Positions 54,596 to 64,000 of a stretch of DNA of 64,000 nucleotides are shown here, in pieces. Below the pieces are notes generated by a model, which was given only the letters and a program-made list of their open reading frames with translations, ran no database searches and was not told the origin of the DNA. The number at the start of each line of letters is the position of its first letter. Within the stretch, counting starts at the first letter, position 1. The position numbers and the translations under genes are program-made. The DNA comes from Euprymna scolopes (lineage: Eukaryota): the NCBI GenBank assembly GCA_053919585.1, contig CM132783.1, one strand, 5' to 3'.

Positions 54596-56293
54596 GTGGA
54601 AGGTTAAAGCCTAAGTAAAAACAGTGTAAGACGTAATTCAAAACATCGTGAGGAATAACATATCTATTACGAAACTTAACAGACGCCTGTAAGCAGCGTC
54701 GTATGTTCTTGCGGATCGTCTTGGCTATATACAGAAGAAACGGAGAGAAGTGAAGGATAGAATATCATACTGGCAGAGGCGGCTTAAAGTAAGTATAAAA
54801 CGGTGGCGAAAAGACATTAGTAGAATTGAAGACAGAAGAAAGAGAGTTTATAACAAAAATCAAAAGACAAGCTTGACAGATAGATTGCTGGAAAATGGGG
54901 TGATAACAGTTCTAGCAACGTTAAAAAAGAAAGCCCGCCCAGGTGAAGTGAGGATTACTGAACTATCTTGGAGATCGTATCTCGTTTCGACAGAAACACC
55001 TTTTCCGGAACAATCAGTCTCAGCTTTAAAAAACAGGCAGGAGGACACTGCACCCCAAACGCAGATGATGCCAGAAAGTTTGGTATGTTGTATGGCGACG
55101 TAATGAGAAGGCGATCTTATTGGAAGAAATAAGCGAAAATGCTTAGGAATGCAGAAGATAGAGAACGTTGTGATAAGCCTTGACGACGTTAAGACTGTCA
55201 TTCCAACTTTAACAAACTGGCAGGCACATGATCCAGATTGAGTAAAAGACTTCTACTTTAAGCAATTCAAATGCTTGCATTCCATTATAGCTGCTACCCT
55301 TCAAGGTTTCGTTGAGTCGGGTTATATCCCTGTTTGGCTTGTTATCAGACGGGTGGTATGATCATGTTGTATGATCCTGCAAAGGGAACAGCTGCTACCA
55401 ATTAAACACCGATTAAATATCTACAACTAATATGGAAACTGTTAAAAAGAATCTTTGCAGACAACATTTATGGACATCTTCTGGGTAAGGGTATTGTCCC
55501 TGATAAACAAAAATGGTGCCGGCGCGGCTGAAGAGATACCAAGCATGAAATAATAATTGATAAGACAGTAATGCAGGATACAAAGAGGAAGAAACGGGGT
55601 TCGAATGTAGCATGGATCGATTACCGAAAGGCTTACGACGTTGTCCACACTCATGGATTCGTGAAATTCTATCGATTATAAGGGTTTTGACAATGTGATC
55701 GGGTTTTACAGACAATCATGTCTCAATTGAAAACGGTGTTGTAGGGGAAGCGAGAGGTGCTTAAGGGAGGTTTTCATTTGACGTGGAATATTGTAAGGAA
55801 GGTCCTTATCTCTACTTCCTTTTGCAACGGTTAATGATGCCGCTGGAGAGAGAGAAGCTGGGCCACAACTATGGAGCTGGTGGTAGACGCCTCACTCATC
55901 TACTGTTTATAGATGATTTGAAGATATTTGGTAGAAATAATAAGTAATTGGAGAAATTTTTAGAGCTTGTAGACAAATACTCAGAAAACATCGGGATGGA
56001 TTTTGGGATTAGTCAGTGTTTGGTGTTTGTTATAAAAAAGAAGAGTAAAGGCATATTAAAACGGAATAGTTTTATCAAATGTAAAAGTTATGAGAGAAAT
56101 NNNNNNNNNNNNNNNNNNNNNNNNNNNNNNNNNNNNNNNNNNNNNNNNNNNNNNNNNNNNNNNNNNNNNNNNNNNNNNNNNNNNNNNNNNNNNNNNNNNN
56201 NNNNNNNNNNNNNNNNNNNNNNNNNNNNNNNNNNNNNNNNNNTTATGCAAAAATAAGAGATTTGCATTGACAATAACACGTTCTGCTCCATGT
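54596..56293 (+). repeat. Tandem duplicate of 52867-54560 (family D segment plus downstream flank)
   Basis: Colinear with an offset of ~1730 bp, including the post-gap flank atgcaaaaata.gagatttgcattgacaataacacgttctgctccatgt. Confidence 0.9.
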
Positions 56294-56349
56294 ATTCCGA
56301 ATTTCATACACTCTTTTTCATATTTCCATCACATAGAATACTTGTAAAG

Positions 56350-58370
56350 TATTTACGTTTTTAAACTATGTATTCCTCGATTAATACGACGGTGTATATT
56401 TTTTACTATGTCATTTTCAATAATCATGTCCAATGTCTAAGTTTGATTTGCAGCATATTTGGTGACGGTCTTACCAGTGGGAATTAACTAGATTTTTCGT
56501 TTAACACTAAAAACTATTCAGTTAAATATAAGTCAACATCAGTGCTATCAAATCGAGTTTCGATTTGGTTATTATTATGCGTCTTTATGTTGTATAGGGA
56601 CAATAATTCATGGCATATTTTTGCGTTTATGTTTTGGGTGGATTTATGTAGATATATTCTGTCAATACTTTTTGTTAAAATCTATATTATCAGGTAATGA
56701 TGTAAATTTTACAGTATTCTGTGTTACATTACAGCATTCGAGAATATTCCTTTTGGTTTCAGAAGTATTTTCTAATATCTCTGTTATATAATTCCAGCTT
56801 TACATTAAATCAAAATGCTTGCACGTGATTTTTCCTTATAATAAAGAGGGTTACTTCTACACTAATGCATGTGGTTTTCTATTGAAATTCGTCATGTTGC
56901 ATATTGTGTCATTCCGTTGCAAGCTTTATGTATACAGCGTTTTTTTATTGCTAACTTTATTTGTAGTATCCTCTATATTTTAGATCATTTCTGATTAATG
57001 ATTTTGATTATTGTGTTATTTGCATATTATCCGGTATATTATCTACCATGTACTGTCTGTTCTCTATGCATTTGTTTAGAATCTATTTGTGTGAGTAACC
57101 ATTTTACCATAAACGTGTAATACGGTAAAGTATTAGTTTTCTTCCTGCTTGTGTTTGTCATTTTTTTCCTGTTTGGCTGTGTTTGTTTTGTTACTGTCAA
57201 CAGTTTCATTGCCGACGGGAACATCTTTTCTTTGTAAATGTTATATTCTGCCATAAATTTTGTGACATGAAGTTATTCTTGTATGCTTTCCCATATGTAC
57301 TCATCTCTTTCACCTAGAGACATTATATTTACACTTTAGTATGAAACCAATTGTATATGATCATTTCCTTCAATTCTCTTGATCAAAATAAGGAAGTTTA
57401 TATTCTGATATACTGATGAATTGATAGTAAATGTATATATTTTTAAATTCTATTATAAGTTTCTACAAGATAGCTGCGTTTCCACTCAAATGTTCTTTTC
57501 CAATATTTGCATTAGATTTGATGATGTTAATATCCATATGTATGAAATATTGTATTTCCCAGTGTTTATTATTAAAATTATTTTCCTCTTTTATTGTATC
57601 CAAATCTTCCGCTGTCCATTTCTAACCGGAAACATTTTACTTTGATCATTTCGTATTCTAATATTCGTAAAAAAAGTTAAAATCCCAAATATACATGCTA
57701 TCGTTTATTGTTTCTTCTGTCGCTGTTAATTTGTAATAATCTATTACCTGAGACACTTAATAGGTGGAAAAGCATACCGTACACAGTGATTTCTTAATAA
57801 AGTATATTCTTGTGAAACATCCCATATATTTTTATTCAAATCCGGTGTTCTACCAGTCCATATGGTCTCATTAATAAGAGTGATAATCTCTTAGGGTGTT
57901 TGATATTTATTAAGCAATCACTTATTCATGCTTGGGGTATTGTATCTTTTAATTATTGTTCTAAGTCTATCCCAGAAGTACTTTTTTTTTGTTTCTTCTA
58001 TCCTCGAGGTTATATAAATCCATATATCCTAATAAGTTATGGCTTTATCTTTACTCTTTGCAATATTCTTGCCGTTTGTCATGTAGAAGCCCATGATCAT
58101 AAGAGATTAATGAATTTGTTTTCTAAGATTTTTAGTTTAGATATTTAAAAATGTTACTGGTCGGTAGTTAGTATATATTTCTATATTTTGAGGTATGTTT
58201 TTATTAATATAGCTGTATTTGCAGTAATATTATCCAATATATCCGTTTACTAGATATATGTTGTATTGTTTGCATAAACTTTATATCTACAGTAAGGATG
58301 TTTTTATTTTTTTAATATCCGTTCTAATTTTCCCAGGTTTTGAAGTAAGCTTTTTGCTGTAAGAGTTGTA
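56350..58370 (-). mobile_element. Highly decayed L1/Tx1-like LINE RT region
   Basis: Manual translation gives TNYRPVTFLN (~58170), ILENKF..QTARI, VLLGIDLEQ (~57970), PIKCL and Y*QNI..IHPKHK, in L1-type order. Confidence 0.5.
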
Positions 58371-58372
58371 TA

Positions 58373-58375
<3 letters not shown>

Positions 58376-58435
<60 letters not shown>

Positions 58436-59060
58436 TACTACTAGTAGTAGTAATAGTAGTTGAAGCAAGAACAAACCGTCATAAAAAAGTTGCTCTTTGA
58501 GACCAAACTGTAGTGTTCCCTGAAGTCTGAGTGACAACATCTTTCCCACCAGTACTTTTCGCCTCTTTTAATAACCTTTGCCAAAGAATTTGCATTATCG
58601 CAACAACATCTTATCATTTATTTCTCGTACCCTATTGTGGGATTATACTGGAATTTTGGTGGCAATACCGTCCCAGTCTGTTTTGCACTCAGCCGGAGAA
58701 AGTTTGTGTTAGTGGTTTCCCTCCTCGGTCTTTCCATCATCCTTGACACTCATTATTTGTGTGGCGCCCGTTTATTGTTACACTCACAAAAAAAAAAGAA
58801 ATTACAGAGCGGTATCTTTTACTTATACAGTGTCAGTGTTCATGATCCTATGTGATATGCCTTTATGTATTACATCCGTAGTCATTTCTGTGTCCAGGAT
58901 TGTTGCGGTTTATGTGGGGTGATATTCCCTACATTCAAGGAGTTTCCTTTTTATTTCTGCTGTTTTTTTTTATTCCAATCCGTTGTATTTTCTCTGCGAT
59001 CCATCTCATTCTAATCTCCCCCATACGTTTTTCCAAGTTTTTCGGTTTCCTCTCTGGCCC
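58376..59060 (-). mobile_element. Family C 3' end with (AAT)n tail
   Basis: Aligns with 38815-39290 and 48020-48120. The same copy probably continues at 59640-59960 (IRTDKLIEVRRPDII) and 60600-61060. Confidence 0.7.
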
Positions 59061-59064
59061 GCCA

Positions 59065-59290
59065 AGTATTATTATATTTATTTTTTACATAGGCGTCAAC
59101 ACTTATCAAGGCCGAGAGGCCACTCAAGGATTAGGGTTAAAGAGTGTACAGTAGTCAAAAGGGCAATGTAGTAATCGATAGTAATGGAAGTTCGGTAAAT
59201 TTGTTAACTTAAGTGGAACGGCTCATCAGAAACTTGTTCACGTTGGACTTAACAACAACCATATTATAGACAGCTGGAAAGCAGGAAAAC
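59065..59290 (-). mobile_element. LINE family A 3' end fragment
   Basis: cacttatcaaggccgagaggccactcaaggattagggtta matches 41831-41870. Confidence 0.75.
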
Positions 59291-59344
59291 GGAGGACAAT
59301 TTTTATTATCATTATTAGTGTTATCTTTACTTACTTCTTTTTTC

Positions 59345-59638
59345 CAGATCCATTCGGGTCCTGGATATGACCTTAAACTATATCCGATGGTGAGGCCCCA
59401 GCTTGCAGGTCTTAGGGAATGTGGAGCCCCCCTTTAATTGCCATTGCTCCCAGGCCCACTCTTATCCGGACTGGTAGCAGCTGTTAGGGTCCCAACTATG
59501 CGTTAAATAGAATACGACTTAAAAAAAACACATATACTATATTAAAATATCGTTCTTCCAAATCACCAGATTCGGCATTAAATAACCTGAAAAGGGTTGA
59601 TATGCCGTAAAACAAAACAACCAACCAACCAACCAAAC
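59345..59638 (+). mobile_element. SINE-like non-autonomous element with 3' stem-loop and (AACC)n tail
   Basis: GC-rich 5' block (59357-59500), terminal hairpin ggcat..aacc/ggtt..atgcc (59574-59606) and caaccaaccaacc tail. It is inserted between family C pieces. Confidence 0.55.
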
Positions 59639-59974
59639 AGATCCATTTGATCTCTATGATATCCGGTCTTCTAACTTCAATAAGTTTATCCGTTCGTATA
59701 ACCATATCTTCTAAGATCTTGTGATATCAATTTTCAGTACTGTTGCCGGTTTTGTTTTGTACAATCTGTGTGTGTTCAAGACGTAATTGTTATATAATAG
59801 CTAATGTAGTGCCTTCCTTGCTTGATCGCGTCTATTATATTCTTTTGGGACTAGTTTGCTGCATTCATTATTATCTGGTTTATTGTTTCGACTCTTTGTC
59901 CGTAGAGTCTGCATTTGTTGTTTTCTTGTGTATTTGTCGATCCTTGCTTTGACGTCGTTTGTGTTAATTTATTT

Positions 59975-60600
59975 TTTTATTACATTTTCAGCCCAAACAA
60001 GGTACATTGTGACTTTTACGTAAAAGGCTACTATTAGGGGTACAGGCTACAGGGATACTAGGTGGGGAGTTGGGCAGCAAGATGTCGGTTCACGTTACAC
60101 TTGAACTTCTGCATGTCAGTAAAGTTGGGGAAGCAAGAACCTGAGTTCCAAAGTCTAGCAGTTCTGGGGAAGAAACTACTGGAGTAGAAGTCTATCTTAC
60201 ATCTAAGGGTATCTACTGTGAAGGTGTGAGGTTACACTGCTTGTCGGGTTTGTCGGGGGTATTTACGTCAAGGGGGCACACGTGCTTGCAGTTCGTCAGA
60301 CCATCTACAATTTAAGTACTTGTAGAACAGGCACAGGGATGCAACATTTCGTCGATGTGACAGCGGCTGAAGTTTAGCTGACAGTTCAGGACCTATCAGA
60401 TTGGCGACTCTATTTTGAACCTTGTCTAGGAGCGAGATACTAGTAGCAGATGCACCACCGCAAATATGACAACAATACTTCATACATGGGCGAATGGTGG
60501 CCTTATAGATGTATAGGATACTTTCAGGCGTTAATAGCTTTCTAGCACGGTAGAGAGAGCCCACCTTCTTTGCAGCAGCCTTGGCAATAATCTCAGTGTA
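59975..60600 (-). mobile_element. CR1-group LINE family B, 3' fragment
   Basis: ORF 60268-60564: GSLYRARKLLTPESILYIYKATIRPCMKYCCHI..LQPLSHRRNVASLCLFYKY. Confidence 0.85.
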
Positions 60601-61060
60601 TATATTTTTCTAGCTATTTCCAAGTGTTTTCCTTAGTCTGTTCTTATTGTTATGAACCGTCCATATATCTAATTAATTTCCGATTTTTCCTTGTATTATT
60701 TCTCGCCAGTTTTAGATTTCGTTTGTTTCTTCCTCGACTCCTGCTGCAGCAATTATTCTTTTGATGTTCAGCACTATCAAATTTTCTAATACTTTTTGCA
60801 TTAAAAGAATCATCCTACGGGTGTAGTGCATTGTGCATGGTCGTGAATTTCCTAGTTCTTTGATCGAGATTCCTTACATCATCTTTGGTCCAGCTTACAA
60901 ACGATACAAAGTATTTTACTAGTGGAATTGTCCACGTGTTTATTCCTTTAATATGGTTAAGACTGTTTAGTTTAGTTTCGAGGAGTTTTGTTGTTCTTGT
61001 GAATTTTACATTTATTAGTTTCTTATTCATTTCTGTTGCTTTCATGGCGCCTGCTTCCAG
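60600..61060 (-). mobile_element. Family C RT C-terminal fragment
   Basis: ORF 60815-61126: TKLLETKLNSLNHIKGINTWTIPLVKY..LDQRTRKFTTMHNALHP. Confidence 0.8.
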
Positions 61061-62443
61061 CACTCTCAAGACGAATACTAAAAGTAAGATAAACATGTCA
61101 ACCACCTTAAATGTGAACAACTTCACGCTTAGAGATACTACCTTTGCCTTTAAAGTTATGCATGCTAGTAATGATTTTTTTAGTCTTCACTAATAATCAT
61201 TATGGCATTGATGCGATAAGAATAATCGCTCTCTTTTTAATAGTGCATATATATCCATCGAAAAAGTAAATGTTGAACAATAGGTGTGTTTTTACGAAGC
61301 TTATTTGGTGTCCAATTGAATGTATAATAATATTAATATAAATATATATTCTTAGAGATTTTGTTGTTATTACTATTTGTTTTATAGTTCGCGATGTGAT
61401 TTGTCAGATGGGAATTTCTAGTTTGTGTAGGGTAGTGTGGCGCAAATTATTGTAATATTGGTGCCTCTAAGTAAAAGAAGATGTATGTTTATGAGAAAAT
61501 ATCTTGTGTTTATGACTTTTGTTTATTTATCCTATAAAATAATTGTTTGAATTTTTACTTTACATTTATTATGAAATATGTAATGCATGGCAATTTTTCC
61601 AAACTGTTTGTGAACTATTTGAATTCTCCGTTCAGATATTCTGGAATGCAAATTCTGTATGCACGTAAGTAAAAACCAAATATCATATTTTTTTTTATAT
61701 TGTTATTATAGTGTGAGTAGATATGAATGTTATAATCTTTGTGGGTAGTTTTGCAGTTTACTATTGAATTTTATTAAACGTATCTACATAGGAAATATTT
61801 CATTGTTTTTCTGTTTTAGAAAATCATTTATCTATAAATTTGTAATTCCAATGGAACAATAAGATAAAGTAAACGTACCTACAAAAATCAGAAATAGGAC
61901 ATATCAAACAGTAGACGTACTTGAAAATCCGTAGGTGTCTTCAATTTCTGACCACCTTATAAAAACCCCGTCTTCTACAGCACATTTAGCACGAATACTT
62001 TTACAATCTTGAGTCGTGCTTACACACTATTACATTTAGAGATTATGGAGAGTGTTCACGTTCGGTTGAGAAGGCCTGTATTCTGCAAGCAGAAGTAATG
62101 ACTCTTAGTTTTGAGCGTGATTAGTCTATAGGATCTTCGAGTAACATAACGTTGTGTTTCAATTACCTTCCTTGATATTTCCCCATACATAACACAACGT
62201 TATTTTTATCTGTAAATACTTTTGATTCCCATTCATGTATTTTTCTCTCAAATCCCTCGATACAGCTTTGATAAAGCAAGTGAGAAAAGGGTCAGCTGAC
62301 GATTCAATTTTACGACTCTTTTATTCTCTTCACCCTGTTTAATTTATTTGAAACGTTGACTATATTTTTACGTTTTAATCATGACTTTTCGTATTCATTT
62401 CATGATTGCATCATCAATTGTATACACCTCAAAGAATGGTAAA

Positions 62444-62511
<68 letters not shown>

Positions 62512-63012
62512 GGGGTGTATAATCGTATATTTTACCGTATATGTATTTTCAAGTATCTAATCAGAGAATGTTTAATGTTTTTTAACATTGAAGCTTAAAT
62601 TGTTTATCTTATTATCAGTTTTGTAATTATTGCATGGCTTTTCTATACGCCGAATNNNNNNNNNNNNNNNNNNNNNNNNNNNNNNNNNNNNNNNNNNNNN
62701 NNNNNNNNNNNNNNNNNNNNNNNNNNNNNNNNNNNNNNNNNNNNNNNNNNNNNNNNNNNNNNNNNNNNNNNNNNNNNNNNNNNNNNNNNNNNNNNNNNNN
62801 NNNNNNNNNNNNNNCGAGAGAGAGCTCATCTTATAACGATTAGGTCACTGTCTGGCTGGTGTAAAGAACATTTAAACAAAAATTAAAACGATTAAATTCA
62901 ACGTTATTTATCGCAGTTAATGGTAGCCGAATGGATACGGTCTTTGCTAATCTAGCCAAAGAGGTCTCGTGTTGCCGAGTTCGACTTGTTCGACTGGTGT
63001 TAATCGTCACAC

Positions 63013-63059
63013 CCTGCAATGAAGATTCCCGAAAAGAATAAAACACTAGTGTACGTAGG
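63013..63059 (+). ncRNA. Type I hammerhead ribozyme, copy 1 (core mutated)
   Basis: cctgca-ATGAAGA-ttcccgaaaagaat-AAAAC-actagt-GTA-cgtagg, with C3>A and G12>A. Confidence 0.65.
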
Positions 63060-63358
63060 TATTTAATTATTATAGTAAAAAAATAATTATGACAGCCCCT
63101 TTAAGAAATCTGATTCTTATCATTTTACACTTTCAGTTAAATTAAACTCGGTCAATGTAGCTCTCATACATAGACCATCGTATAACGATTAGATCACTGT
63201 CTGACTTACGTAAAGAACATTTGAAAAATTAAAATGTTTAAATCCAATGTTATTTCACCCGGTTAATGTTAGCCCAATGGATACGGTCTTTGCTAATCGA
63301 GCCAGAGATTCCTCGTGTTGCCGAGATCGAATCCTTCGACTGGTGTTAATCGCGACAC

Positions 63359-63404
63359 CCTGCACTGAAGATTCCCGAAAGGATGACACAATAGTCTCTG
63401 TAGT
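63359..63404 (+). ncRNA. Type I hammerhead ribozyme, copy 2 (stem II intact, GAAA and stem III mutated)
   Basis: cctgca-CTGAAGA-t-tcc-cgaaa-gga-t-GACAC-aatagt-CTC-tgtagt. Confidence 0.65.
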
Positions 63405-63616
63405 TACTTAATTATTAGAGTAAAAAACACATTATGACAGCCCCTTTTAGAAATTCGTTTCCCATCGTTGAGCACGTTTAGTTGAATTAAAATCAGTCAA
63501 TTTAGCTCCTGTACTTGGATCATCGTTTAATTATTAGATAAGTGTCTGACTGACGTAAACAACGTTAAAAATAAATTAAAATATTCAAATTCAACGTTAT
63601 TTCACGCGGTTAATGG

Positions 63617-63681
63617 TAGCCGAATGGATACGGTATTTGCTAATCGAGCGAGAGATGGCTCGTGTTGCTGAGTTCGAATCC
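63617..63681 (+). promoter_or_regulatory. RNA polymerase III type 2 internal promoter (tRNA-Ser-like head) in unit 3
   Basis: A box TAGCCGAATGG (63617-63627) fits TRGCNNARYGG; B box GTTCGAATCC (63672-63681). Equivalents are at 62924/62979 and 63270/63325. Confidence 0.75.
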
Positions 63682-63705
63682 TTCGACTGGTTTTAATCGT
63701 GACAC

Positions 63706-63751
63706 CCTGCACTGAAGATTCCCGAAATGATGAAACACTAGTGTCTGTAGG
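63706..63751 (+). ncRNA. Type I hammerhead ribozyme, copy 3 (catalytic core intact)
   Basis: Stem I cctgca/tgtagg, core CTGAAGA (63712-63718), GAAA (63732-63735), stem III within palindrome ACACTAGTGT, and cleavage triplet GTC (63743-63745). Confidence 0.85.
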
Positions 63752-64000
63752 TATTTAATTATTAAAGTAAAAAAAAATAGGTATATATATACTAAAATCT
63801 AGAGTCTTAGATGTATTCAATCTTAATTCTTATTACGGATATTTCATCATGGATTTTGCTTATAAGTAAGTTACCATGCTGGCTTTTTTAATTATTCTAC
63901 CTTTTTGGGAGTTGTCTGGTATATGTTGCTTGTACGATATAACAAATTACATATCTTAATTTTAATTTTCTTCATTTGAAACTCAGCCACAGTCCTGCAA

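Larger units (their letters stand above)
62815..63778 (+). mobile_element. Tandem array of ~346-bp hammerhead-ribozyme-containing units (retrozyme / Sm-alpha-like), at least 2.8 units
   Basis: Homologous anchors at 63013, 63359 and 63706 (spacing 346/347). Each unit has an A box, a B box and a hammerhead motif. The left end is hidden in the N gap. Confidence 0.85.

Noticed and set aside
62292-62360. CTGACGA ... GAAAC hammerhead-like words
   Set aside because: No stem II can form between them and there is no properly placed cleavage triplet or stem III.
62815-63778. CRISPR array or tRNA gene cluster interpretation of the tandem repeat
   Set aside because: Units are homologous over their whole length with no unique spacers, and the tRNA-like part cannot form acceptor or anticodon stems.

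Overview
AT-rich eukaryotic (most likely invertebrate animal) genomic DNA from a gapped draft assembly. I could not identify any intact host gene. The window is mostly nested, decayed transposons. These include two CR1-group LINE families (one with a near-complete 3.4-kb APE+RT copy), R4/Dong-type RLE retrotransposons associated with (TAA)n repeats, and a Gypsy LTR element with a self-priming signature. There are also Penelope-like, L1/Tx1-like, Tc1/mariner, Academ-like and hAT (Charlie/SPIN-type) remnants, foldback/MITE elements and many microsatellites. The most interesting feature is at the right end (62815-63778): a tandem array of ~346-bp units. Each unit joins a tRNA-Ser-like RNA polymerase III promoter (A and B boxes) to a type I hammerhead ribozyme with a palindromic stem III, i.e. 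a retrozyme/Sm-alpha-like self-cleaving RNA element. A second, different and more decayed hammerhead-like element lies at ~26.5-26.8 kb. All alignments and folds were done by eye, so family assignments need confirmation by search.
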